Positions 1-8,608 of a DNA stretch of 24,915 bases are shown piece after piece; within the stretch, counting starts at the first letter, position 1; each line of letters opens with the position of its first letter. The notes below the pieces were generated by a model. That model ran no database searches, had not been told where the DNA came from, and worked only from the letters and a program-made list of their open reading frames with translations. A program made the translations under genes and the position numbers. This DNA comes from a virus (taxonomy: Duplodnaviria > Caudoviricetes), in IMG/VR virus record IMGVR_UViG_3300033076_000019, positions 1 to 24,915 of that record, one strand, 5' to 3'.

Positions 1-1068
1 GTCAGGCCGATTGATCGGTTCAAGCAGGAGCTGACGCTGCGCAAGGACATGATGGTGTCCCTGCTGCCGAAGAACATTAACTTCGATAAGTTCCAAGCCA
101 TCGTCATCGCTGCCGTTGGCAGCAACCCTGAGCTACTGGAATGTGATCGCGGTTCTCTGCTCAAGTCCTGCATCCAAGCAGCCGAGCTTGGCCTGTCGCT
201 GAACCCCACGCTGGGCGAAGGCGACATCCTCAAGGTGTGGAACAATCGTTCGAAGAAGTACGATGCTCAGTTCCGGCCGCGCTACATGGGCCTGATGAAG
301 CTGGCTCGTCAGTCGGGTGATGTCGTGAAGATCGAGGCTGAGATCGTGCGCGAGAACGATGAGTTCCTCATTCAGAAGGGTGACGAGCCGCGCCTTGAGC
401 ATCGCATCAAGCTGGGCAATCGCGGCGAGATGGTCGGCGCATACTGCATCTGGACGCTGAAGGATGGCGCCAAGCAGTTCGAGGTCATGGATCGGGATCA
501 GATCCTTTCCATCCGCGACCGCTCATCATCCAAGACCAAGGATGGTCGCATTGTCGGGCCTTGGGCTACGGATCAGGAAGAGATGTGGCGCAAGACTGTG
601 GTGCGTCGCGCATCAAAGTACATGCCGCGCGCGACTGAGGCCTTCGCCAATGCCGTCGCTCTGGATAACCTGCTCGAGGTTGGTCACGAGGTCGACATCA
701 AGAACGGCGAGGTGATCGATGTCACTGCGCAAAACGTCGAGCATGACGCGGAAACAGGCGAGATCTACGAAGAGGTGGTCGCACCTCCTGCTACCAGCCA
801 GATGGACCGCATCGCGCAGAAGGTAGTGAAGGCCGAGCCTGAGCCTGAGCCTGAGCCAGCCATCGAGATCTCCGTACTCGAGGTGGGTCATGACGCAGAT
901 GGCGACGAGGACTGGGACGGATGGGTGGCCAATGCCATCAACCAGATCAAGGACATGTCGCCCACCAACAAATCTACATGGAGAAAGCTACACCTCTCCA
1001 TGCTTGATGAAGCCGAACTGATGAATGCCCGCGATCTGGGCAAGCTCATCGCAATCCTGAAAGGTTAA
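1..1068 (+). CDS. recT: RecT/Redbeta-family ssDNA-annealing recombinase (5'-truncated by window edge)
   Basis: Frame is open from base 1 (VRPIDRFKQELTLRKDMM...). It contains RecT-type motifs: NPELLECDRGSLLKSCIQAAELGLSLN, YMGLMKLARQSG, GPWATDQEEMWRKTVVRRASKYMP, and an acidic C-terminal part with DAETGEI. Confidence 0.9.
   Translation, partial: VRPIDRFKQELTLRKDMMVSLLPKNINFDKFQAIVIAAVGSNPELLECDRGSLLKSCIQAAELGLSLNPTLGEGDILKVWNNRSKKYDAQFRPRYMGLMKLARQSGDVVKIEAEIVRENDEFLIQKGDEPRLEHRIKLGNRGEMVGAYCIWTLKDGAKQFEVMDRDQILSIRDRSSSKTKDGRIVGPWATDQEEMWRKTVVRRASKYMPRATEAFANAVALDNLLEVGHEVDIKNGEVIDVTAQNVEHDAETGEIYEEVVAPPATSQMDRIAQKVVKAEPEPEPEPAIEISVLEVGHDADGDEDWDGWVANAINQIKDMSPTNKSTWRKLHLSMLDEAELMNARDLGKLIAILKG
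835..858 (+). repeat. Hexamer tandem repeat (GAGCCT)3-GAGCCA encoding an EPEPEPEP linker in RecT
   Basis: Read directly from the sequence. Confidence 0.85.
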
Positions 1069-1073
1069 AGCAT

Positions 1074-1382
1074 ATGGCTAAGAAGTATGATCTCGTCGTC
1101 AAGGTTGGCGAATACACCGACAATCAGGGCCAGACCAAAGGCCGCTTCAAGAATGTCGGCGTGATGATGGAAGGGCAGAACGGCCCGTATCTCCTGCTTG
1201 ACCGCACGTTCAATCCTGCCGGCGTCGGCGGAAACGATGGTCGCGAAAGCATCATCATCTCGATGTATGAGCCGAAGCAGGATGGCAATCAACCGAGCGC
1301 GGCGCAGCAGTCGCACTCAACGGCAAAGGCTAACGCATATCAGCCGCAGCCGCGCGATCTGGCAGACGACGTACCCTTTTAA
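1074..1382 (+). CDS. Small phage protein, probable ssDNA-binding protein (SSB-like acidic tail)
   Basis: 102 aa, starting 5 nt after the recT stop. Beta-rich N-terminal ~65 aa, Q/P/S-rich linker, and a C-terminal DDVPF resembling the bacterial SSB tail DDDIPF. Confidence 0.65.
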   Translation: MAKKYDLVVKVGEYTDNQGQTKGRFKNVGVMMEGQNGPYLLLDRTFNPAGVGGNDGRESIIISMYEPKQDGNQPSAAQQSHSTAKANAYQPQPRDLADDVPF

Positions 1383-1424
1383 TGGTGGGGGTGGTGGGGA
1401 CTTCGGTCCCCACTATTCCACTAT
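1382..1424 (+). terminator. Long hairpin with cUUCGg tetraloop at the convergence point of the two transcription units (terminator or RNA-stability element)
   Basis: GTGGGGAC-TTCG-GTCCCCAC perfect 8-bp stem (1394-1413), extendable to 1382-1424 with G-U pairs and one bulge. No clear U-tract. Confidence 0.65.
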
Positions 1425-4400
1425 CTGAAACTCTTCCTCTTCCTCATCATCTTCATCCTGAAGATCGGGGAAGTCCTCCTCCCCGCTGAGTAGAACATCG
1501 CGGCGAGCATCAAGGATCGCGCTGCGCTTGAGCTTACCATAGCTCTTGATGCGCGTCTCAGGATACAGATCGAACATCACGGCCTCACGCAGCGCCTCAT
1601 TGCTGGGCGGCTTCACGCCATTGGCCAGATTGCCGTCCTCGATATCCTTCTGGAACTGATCTGTGATGTTCTGGATCTCGCTCTCGAACTCTGCGCGCAG
1701 CTTATCGGCGCCAGCCAGATCACCGCTTCTCTCCAGTCGGACTGCGTCAGCCAACAGTTTGCCAAGGCGGCGCGTGTTGTTGCGCTCCTTGCCGGCAGTG
1801 CCGGTGTTGATCTCTTCGCCTGCCCGCTTGGCGCGAACGAGACGGGCGATGTCCGCGCTTTGGAAGCCGAGCGTGCGAGCCAACTGTTCACCAGCGGTGA
1901 TGTCCTCAGCCGACTTAATGTTGCTGCCGAACTGCGTGCGATAGCCTTCCTGCGGGAAGACGACCAAACCCTTCATAACATCCGTCACGCCCTTGCCCAT
2001 GACCGGCGAGAGTAGTGCTGTGTACGCACCAATCGGCTGGTCAGGCTTGCGGTTCTTGTATTCCTCGAACTTGCCCAGCGTCCCTGACAGCGCAGGGATG
2101 GCAGTGATCGGGTTGTTCAGCTCCGGCAGCATTGACGTGAAGCCGATGCGCTCACCGATGTTCAGGCCGAGCAGCGACCGGAACGGGCCATAGAGCAGAG
2201 CCTCTGCGTTGCGCTGTGCTTCTTCGCCGCCACCGAACAGATCGACCAGCATCTGCTGCGTCTCGAGGCGGAAGTCCCGCTTCTTGCCCGTGATCTTCTC
2301 GGTTAACCACTCGAAAATATTTATTGCATCATCACCAAACGGAATCGCGAACAGCAAGCCCGACACCGAGAACATGGTCAGCAGCGTGAACAGACCAGCC
2401 TGCTTGCCGCGCGGACCCATCTTGGCGAAGTTCTGGTACATCAGGTGCGCGACTTGCAGCGGGTATTGCGAGAACTGGAATGCCACGCCGCCCACGCCGC
2501 GCAGGATTGGCGCCTTTTCTATCTGACCGCCAATGAATGTGGTTGTCTCTGTCATGAACGCAGCAACGTCGCGCGGGTCTGAGCCGCGCTCCATGATCGC
2601 CTTGGCGCGCTCGTTATCAGCGAATGCCTTCTTCCAGTTTGCCAATGACTTGGGGTCTTTGGCGTACTTGTACGCAGACATGAAGGCCGCGACCTTGTTC
2701 ATCTCTTCTGTCATCGACACCACGCTGGCGCCAATGTCGAAGTAACGCTTCATCGCTTCGCCGATCTTGCCGCCCTTGGTTCTGAGCAGGCCAGCATCCA
2801 TGCCCATCAGCTCAGGGTTGATCTGCGCGCGCACGGTTCCAGTCTGGTACGCCCAGTTCAAGGCTTCCCGCTCATCAGGGCTGAGGCCCTTGATCTTATC
2901 GGGGTTGATGTATGCGCCGATGTTCTTGTCCAGACTGATCGCGCCGATCACCTTGACGGAGTTCTTGTACATCTCCTTCGAAGCGCCCTTCGACATGACG
3001 TACATCTGCGGTGCGACCACAGTCCACATGGACATGGCGTTGACCATCGACGAGGAGAAGCTGCCCCACATGGCGTTGTAGAAGCCAACGGCCCGTGCGC
3101 CGCGCCACAGCACATGCTCAGGCGTGTCGGCATTCCGATCCCACGACAGGGCGTAACGCAGCGCAGACGACCCCGGAGCGTGATTACGGACCATCTCGTC
3201 CTTGGCTTTTGAATACGCAGGATGATAGCGGCGATGCGAGATCGTCGAGGCCACGATACGGTTGTAATCGAACAGCCGGTCGATCAGGTTCGTGTCATAG
3301 CCCGGGATGTTCTGCGACTGCTTCATGAAGTTAGAAGCGATCTGCTTCATCAGGACTTCACGGATCTTGTCGGGCCACTCTGAGATAAAGCCCTTGGCCA
3401 GCTGCTCGGCATAAGCCTTCGAGTATTCGTCAAGCTCGCCGGTGTCGATCAGCCCGGCCATTGTGCTGTCGAAGTAATCCTTGATCGACTTGCCCGAGTT
3501 GGCGTTCATCAGCGCGACCAGCTTGTCCAGCGTGCCGAGATCCTCGAGCTGGAGCTTGTCGTCGATGTTCCCCGCCAGACGGGTATCGACAACCGTGTAC
3601 CCTTGGCTCTCGGGATACTTCTGTTTGATCTCGGCCAGACGCTTGTTCAATGCATTGTCAGGCACAGCTCGGCCCAGCGTGGGACCAACGATCTCGCGCA
3701 GCCACTGATTGCTGTCGAGCATATAGAACGCTGCCAGCTCAGTCTTTTCCTTGCCGTCAGCGTCAGTCGTCTTCTGCTTGACGATAACGCGCACGTCACC
3801 GCTACGCATGAACGGAATGTAGGACGTGACGCGCTGTGACTCGATGGCATTGTACAGGCGCAGCAAGCTGTCCCGATAGCTGATGTCCTTGGCCGTTTCG
3901 GCGGGCAGTGCATTGATGCCGTCAGCAGAATACGGGCCATTGTAGCCCATCGCCTGCAAGATCGACTGGCCGTTCAGCGTGTAAGTCTCGTCGAGGTAAT
4001 CACGAATCCGATAAAGGATCTGCGTCTCTTCCTTGTTCAGCTTCAGCGTGTCGCCCGGTTTGGAGAGCGCAGGAGCCATGTACTTCCCATCACGGAATAC
4101 CTTCTTGGTCGTGATCGAGAACTGGTCTGGCTTCTCCTTAATCGGCGTTGCCGACAGGCGCAGGTACTCCATGACCCGATTGATATTGTCCTTGCTCTCC
4201 TGCGACATGCGAGTGATGTCGCCGAACAGCTTCTCAGGGCGGGCCATCAGCAGGTTACGATACGCCAGCTTGTCGTTCATGTTATCGAACATGGCGCGGA
4301 AGTACTTGTTCACGCGCGCCAGAGCAGACGCCGGAGTGAGCGAGCCGAGCATGCCGATGTTGCTGATCGCGTCCACAGACGGCGATGTCGGGGGCATGAC

Positions 4401-7397
4401 CTGACCCTGCTTAGCCAGAGCCTTGGCCGAGAACTTGGGTACAGACTGGCCCTCCGACTGCATGTCGAGGCGCGCCTCATTGACCTTCTTTGTAGGTTCA
4501 GCGGCATCAGCGATGATCTTGTCGCCAGTCTCGCGGTCACCACTGGCGATCTCTGCGACTTTGGCGTCGGTATCAGCCTGCGTGTCTTCCTCTGTCACAG
4601 GCGCAGCTTCTTCGCCGATGCCAGTCACAGCGACGCCCGGCTCTTCCTCAGAAGTGGCCTGCTCCTCGGCAGTAGAAAGCGTCTTGGCCTGCTCCTCAGC
4701 TGGCAGCGTGGTCGTCGTCTCGCCAAACATGGTCAAGCGCGCGTTGCGCAGCTGCTTTGCAGGGCTTTCTGGAAGGACTTCTTCGGTGATCTCAATTAGC
4801 TTACGAAGGCCATTGATATCTTTATCGCTGAGGCCAAGCATCTTTCCGATGGCGCGCACGAATGCCGTGAAGCCGTTCACCTTCTTCACTTCGATCTGCT
4901 TCAGCAGATGCTGCATGCGCCAGTCAGTCAGGCCATAGGTCAGAAGCTCGTGTTCATTCTGGAACGCATTGCTATTCTGAAGGCTCGAGATGATTTCCTT
5001 GGTCCGCTGCGGGACCGCGATGGTGCCATTCATGACCCCATTGAAATACCTCTTCGCCTCCTTTTGGAGGCTGATCAGATCGCCGATGGCCTTGCCTACT
5101 CGGCTGTCCTTGGCGATCCGACCAGTTTGATACTGATAGATCAGGCCAGCAGTCGTGGCGTGAATGAACTCGTGCGTGGCTGTCGCCTCGTTCGCACCGC
5201 TGTTCGCATTGGGATAGTTGATATCCCGCAAAAGAATGTCCGAACGGTTCCAGCCCAAGGCGCTGGGGTAAGCAGTCACCTGACCGAGGATGCTCTTGCG
5301 GGCTTTGAACCTTTTGACGCTATCGGCCAGTAGAGGATCGCTTACCTTCGTGGTCGGCGAGACTACGTTTAAGCTGAACTTGTGACCCATCTTCTGCAGG
5401 GTCTTCATCATACCTGCGATGTTTTTATTCAGACTGCGGATATACCCAGACTTGGCATTGTTCGACAGATATGTGGCCGCACCGATTGCATTCTTCTTCT
5501 TGAGGTTCGCAGCCAGCTCGGCGGTTGGCGTGCGTGCAAGGATGCCCTCTTCTTCCGTGAACACATCGTCAGCGGCGGCAGGCGGGATCTTTTCGCCCGG
5601 CTCATTCGTAGGCGGTACAGGCGCGGGTTCGGCGACAGGGGGTGCTTCGCCGACCGGAGGAGTTTCGCCAATAGGGGGAGCTTCACCGACAGGCGGAGCA
5701 ACAGGAGCTGCGCCAACATCAGGCTCTACAATAGGAGGTGTGCCACCCACCGGCGCCGGAGTTGGAGAAGCGCCGATGGGTGGCGTCTCAACAGGGGAAC
5801 CCTCAACAGGCGGCGCACCCTCAATAGGAGGAACGCCGAGAGGGGTAGGGGACGGCGTGCCTCCAACAGGAGATGCAACCGGAGGAGTTTCCACCGGCGG
5901 AGATTCAATAGGGGCCTCACCAACTGGCGGGGCCTCACCAACCGGCGGAGTCTCACCAACGGGGGGAGCAGAAACCGGAGCAGGGCTGACGACGCCTTCA
6001 AGTGAGGCTGGGTCAACAAAGTATTGGCCACCCTCTGGGTCGACAAGAATGACGTGGCCCTCATCAGACATCCCGCCATAGGTGTACGGCGTGGGAGTTC
6101 CATCGTCATCAACGGTAATGTCAGCGCCCGGCTCGCCGAGTACGGAGATCAGTCCCTCTGATGGGGGCGCGGTGATAACAGGTGCTTTATATATCGGAGC
6201 AGGAGGCTGCGCCTCAGGAGGAAGCTGAGTTGCAGGCTCGGCCCCGCCACCGAATGCAGCGGCACCACCAGCACCAGCCACACCACCAAGCACCGCAGCT
6301 ATACCAGTCTGCGAGCCGACGCCTTCCAAGATGTCCTGCTCGGGATTGATCTGTCGCATGGCGATGTTGGCGCCCAAGCGGCCGCCACCTTCTTCGCCAG
6401 CTTCCTGCGCAGCTTCACCCAAGAAGCTCTTGCCTGCGCGGGACAGCAGCCCTGAGCCAGCCAGAGACTTGCCCAGAACCGCCTTTTCAAACGTACCCGG
6501 CAGCACCCCAGCCGTCAGCGCAGACACGCCGCCGCCGGCAATGGCGCTCTGACGCGCCACACTGAGGGCCATATCTTCCTTGACCTGCGTCGGATCTTCG
6601 CCAGCCTGCACACGTCCTGTGAACTCTGGGTTCTGCAGCCACACCTCATCAGGTGTTTCCATCGCCCGGACATAGGCATCGGTGCCGACATCAGCGCCCT
6701 GCTGCACCGCACCAAAGCCCACACCGCCAGTTACAGCGGCGCGCTGGACGGCACGCTCAGCGGCTGTCGCACCAATGCGGGCGGCTGCGCCAGTCTCCGC
6801 TGCTGCTGCAACCTGAGCTGCGCGCGTGGCTGCCTGCTCCGCAAGCTCACGGCTCAGAACACGTTTCGCCCCAGCCGAGGCTAGTGCGCCAGCCCCAGCG
6901 GTCCCGAACAGGGATGGAATTGTTTCAGCAACACCTGATGCCAACAGGCGCGGATCGGTCAGATATTCGCCGATGCCAGCCTTGAGGCCAGAGAAGAAGC
7001 CTTCCTTGTCGGCCTGCGCGATGCGTGCTTCAGCCGCTTCCTCGCGCGCCTTCAGGCCCGGGGATTTCAAGTCCTCGCCATACTGCCTGACCGAATTGGC
7101 CATGTCGCCAACAACCGTCTTGAAGTCGCCGCTGACTAAGCCGTAGACCTGAGCCGGCAACCCCAACAGCTGGCCCACGCCAGAGATCACAGACCCTGCG
7201 GTATCTTTCAGGAAATTGGTATCGTTGATGTCAGCCGCAGGCTTAGGCGCAGCGGGCGCCTTCAGTCCGATCTGCTGATAATACTGATCAAGCGGTACGT
7301 CGGCATAATATTTTTCGCGCAGGGCGTTAGCAAGCTGAACGTCACCAACATTGTTGTACTGCGGATATTTGCGACGGAAATCAGCAAGGGTGCCCAT
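1413..7397 (-). CDS. Giant internal virion / ejection protein, polyvalent-protein-like, with zincin HExxH motif and Pro-rich linker
   Basis: 1994 aa, last gene of the structural operon (the position of the largest ejection protein in podoviruses). It has an Ala/Gly-rich amphipathic N-terminal part, HEFIH at 5160-5174, a helical C-terminal half with a hydrophobic segment (GLFTLLTMFSVSGLLFAIPF), an acidic tail, and an AGGAAGG RBS-like sequence upstream. Confidence 0.7.
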   Translation of the reverse strand: MGTLADFRRKYPQYNNVGDVQLANALREKYYADVPLDQYYQQIGLKAPAAPKPAADINDTNFLKDTAGSVISGVGQLLGLPAQVYGLVSGDFKTVVGDMANSVRQYGEDLKSPGLKAREEAAEARIAQADKEGFFSGLKAGIGEYLTDPRLLASGVAETIPSLFGTAGAGALASAGAKRVLSRELAEQAATRAAQVAAAAETGAAARIGATAAERAVQRAAVTGGVGFGAVQQGADVGTDAYVRAMETPDEVWLQNPEFTGRVQAGEDPTQVKEDMALSVARQSAIAGGGVSALTAGVLPGTFEKAVLGKSLAGSGLLSRAGKSFLGEAAQEAGEEGGGRLGANIAMRQINPEQDILEGVGSQTGIAAVLGGVAGAGGAAAFGGGAEPATQLPPEAQPPAPIYKAPVITAPPSEGLISVLGEPGADITVDDDGTPTPYTYGGMSDEGHVILVDPEGGQYFVDPASLEGVVSPAPVSAPPVGETPPVGEAPPVGEAPIESPPVETPPVASPVGGTPSPTPLGVPPIEGAPPVEGSPVETPPIGASPTPAPVGGTPPIVEPDVGAAPVAPPVGEAPPIGETPPVGEAPPVAEPAPVPPTNEPGEKIPPAAADDVFTEEEGILARTPTAELAANLKKKNAIGAATYLSNNAKSGYIRSLNKNIAGMMKTLQKMGHKFSLNVVSPTTKVSDPLLADSVKRFKARKSILGQVTAYPSALGWNRSDILLRDINYPNANSGANEATATHEFIHATTAGLIYQYQTGRIAKDSRVGKAIGDLISLQKEAKRYFNGVMNGTIAVPQRTKEIISSLQNSNAFQNEHELLTYGLTDWRMQHLLKQIEVKKVNGFTAFVRAIGKMLGLSDKDINGLRKLIEITEEVLPESPAKQLRNARLTMFGETTTTLPAEEQAKTLSTAEEQATSEEEPGVAVTGIGEEAAPVTEEDTQADTDAKVAEIASGDRETGDKIIADAAEPTKKVNEARLDMQSEGQSVPKFSAKALAKQGQVMPPTSPSVDAISNIGMLGSLTPASALARVNKYFRAMFDNMNDKLAYRNLLMARPEKLFGDITRMSQESKDNINRVMEYLRLSATPIKEKPDQFSITTKKVFRDGKYMAPALSKPGDTLKLNKEETQILYRIRDYLDETYTLNGQSILQAMGYNGPYSADGINALPAETAKDISYRDSLLRLYNAIESQRVTSYIPFMRSGDVRVIVKQKTTDADGKEKTELAAFYMLDSNQWLREIVGPTLGRAVPDNALNKRLAEIKQKYPESQGYTVVDTRLAGNIDDKLQLEDLGTLDKLVALMNANSGKSIKDYFDSTMAGLIDTGELDEYSKAYAEQLAKGFISEWPDKIREVLMKQIASNFMKQSQNIPGYDTNLIDRLFDYNRIVASTISHRRYHPAYSKAKDEMVRNHAPGSSALRYALSWDRNADTPEHVLWRGARAVGFYNAMWGSFSSSMVNAMSMWTVVAPQMYVMSKGASKEMYKNSVKVIGAISLDKNIGAYINPDKIKGLSPDEREALNWAYQTGTVRAQINPELMGMDAGLLRTKGGKIGEAMKRYFDIGASVVSMTEEMNKVAAFMSAYKYAKDPKSLANWKKAFADNERAKAIMERGSDPRDVAAFMTETTTFIGGQIEKAPILRGVGGVAFQFSQYPLQVAHLMYQNFAKMGPRGKQAGLFTLLTMFSVSGLLFAIPFGDDAINIFEWLTEKITGKKRDFRLETQQMLVDLFGGGEEAQRNAEALLYGPFRSLLGLNIGERIGFTSMLPELNNPITAIPALSGTLGKFEEYKNRKPDQPIGAYTALLSPVMGKGVTDVMKGLVVFPQEGYRTQFGSNIKSAEDITAGEQLARTLGFQSADIARLVRAKRAGEEINTGTAGKERNNTRRLGKLLADAVRLERSGDLAGADKLRAEFESEIQNITDQFQKDIEDGNLANGVKPPSNEALREAVMFDLYPETRIKSYGKLKRSAILDARRDVLLSGEEDFPDLQDEDDEEEEEFQIVE
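5590..5990 (-). repeat. Degenerate ~18-nt coding repeat, PP(V/I)GE(T/A)-type, forming a ~130-aa Pro-rich tract
   Basis: Translation PPVGETPPVGEAPPVGEAPIESPPVETPP...PPVGEAPPIGETPPVGEAPPVAEP. Confidence 0.85.
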
Positions 7398-7422
7398 CGA
7401 GTATCAAACCTTCCTACCGCAT

Positions 7423-8604
7423 CTAGAGGTTCAACCCTAGCGGATTATTATTGGGAAGGCCAAGACTTCCAGCCAACAATGACTGCAATCCGGAAAGATC
7501 TCGCTTCAGTCGAGCGTTGTCGGCGAGCAGGCGGTTCTTCCTGTCACGCGAGATCGTGATGTCGTTAAGCTCTTGATTGTTGGCTGCGATCTGAGCCTTG
7601 ATCACGCCAGCCTGAGCATTGATTGTCTTCGTCGACAGGCCACCGCCACCACCAGAAGCAGCTTTATCCCGGGCAATCGCGAGCTGCGCGCCTCGGGTTT
7701 TGATAGTATCATAGACGTTAGCGATGTTCGCTCGCGTCAGCTGATTGCCAAGCGCCGCACCCTCGATGACATCGCCTGCAGTTTGTTCAGCAACGACACC
7801 AGCCAGAGCATCCTTGCGAAGCGCTTGAGTCGCAGCGGCGCCCTGCTTGGCAGCCAGACGCGCAGCAATCGCATCGTTAATCGCCTGATTCCGAAGCTCG
7901 ATAGATTTAAATACCAGCTCTTCCTTGGCATCCTGCAAGCGCGCCTTCTTCTCAGCGGCTTTTGCTTTGGCTTCACTATATCCTTCAAGGCCAGCCTCCA
8001 TACCGCTGGCCAAGGCTTGCATGAAGTAGGGCGATTGGCTCTGCGCCATCTTCATCCCAGCCTGAGCAACAGCCATCCACGTGGCTTGCTGGCGCTCTTT
8101 ATCGGCCTCAGTGAGCTGAATCCCGTAACGCTCAAGGCGCTCGTCAATCAGCTTCTGCGTTTCAGGGTCTATCTTGGCGGTGCGCGCGACCTCTTCATTC
8201 GCCTTTAGTTCGCTCAGCTGACCTTCCAACGCGGCCCTGCGCGCGACTTCAGCGAAGTCTACCGGCTTTCCTTTAACCGTAGGTGCTGGCGTACCAGCAT
8301 CTGGGTTCGCCGCTTTAAACGCAGCAAGCGCCGCCTCGTACCGGTTCATGTACGGCTGCTCTTTGGGCGCAACTTCTGCTTCAGGTGCGGGAGCAGGAGG
8401 CGGAGGCGGAGTGGGCGTGGGTTCAGCAACTACAGGCGCAGGGGCAGGAGCGGGTGCAGTGGCAGCAGGAGTGGCCGTGACAGGCGGGGTTGGCGCCTGT
8501 TCGCCACGCACAAGCTGATTGACAGCCTGCGTCATCGTCATCCCGGGAAACTGGTCCCGGTTCTTCAAATAGAAGTTGCGTGCCTGATTTACGCTCAGCC
8601 CCAT
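7423..8604 (-). CDS. Putative internal virion / ejection protein (Pro-rich N-terminus, coiled-coil)
   Basis: 393 aa, Ala/Lys/Glu-rich helical sequence with segment AVAQAGMKMAQSQSPYFMQALASGMEAGLEGY. Located between other ejection-type genes. Confidence 0.6.
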   Translation of the reverse strand: MGLSVNQARNFYLKNRDQFPGMTMTQAVNQLVRGEQAPTPPVTATPAATAPAPAPAPVVAEPTPTPPPPPAPAPEAEVAPKEQPYMNRYEAALAAFKAANPDAGTPAPTVKGKPVDFAEVARRAALEGQLSELKANEEVARTAKIDPETQKLIDERLERYGIQLTEADKERQQATWMAVAQAGMKMAQSQSPYFMQALASGMEAGLEGYSEAKAKAAEKKARLQDAKEELVFKSIELRNQAINDAIAARLAAKQGAAATQALRKDALAGVVAEQTAGDVIEGAALGNQLTRANIANVYDTIKTRGAQLAIARDKAASGGGGGLSTKTINAQAGVIKAQIAANNQELNDITISRDRKNRLLADNARLKRDLSGLQSLLAGSLGLPNNNPLGLNL

Positions 8605-8608
8605 CAGC

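Noticed and set aside
5382-6112. Alternative-frame ORFs (207, 220, 128 aa) over the Pro-rich repeat
   Set aside because: Stop-free frames are expected in a low-complexity coding repeat.
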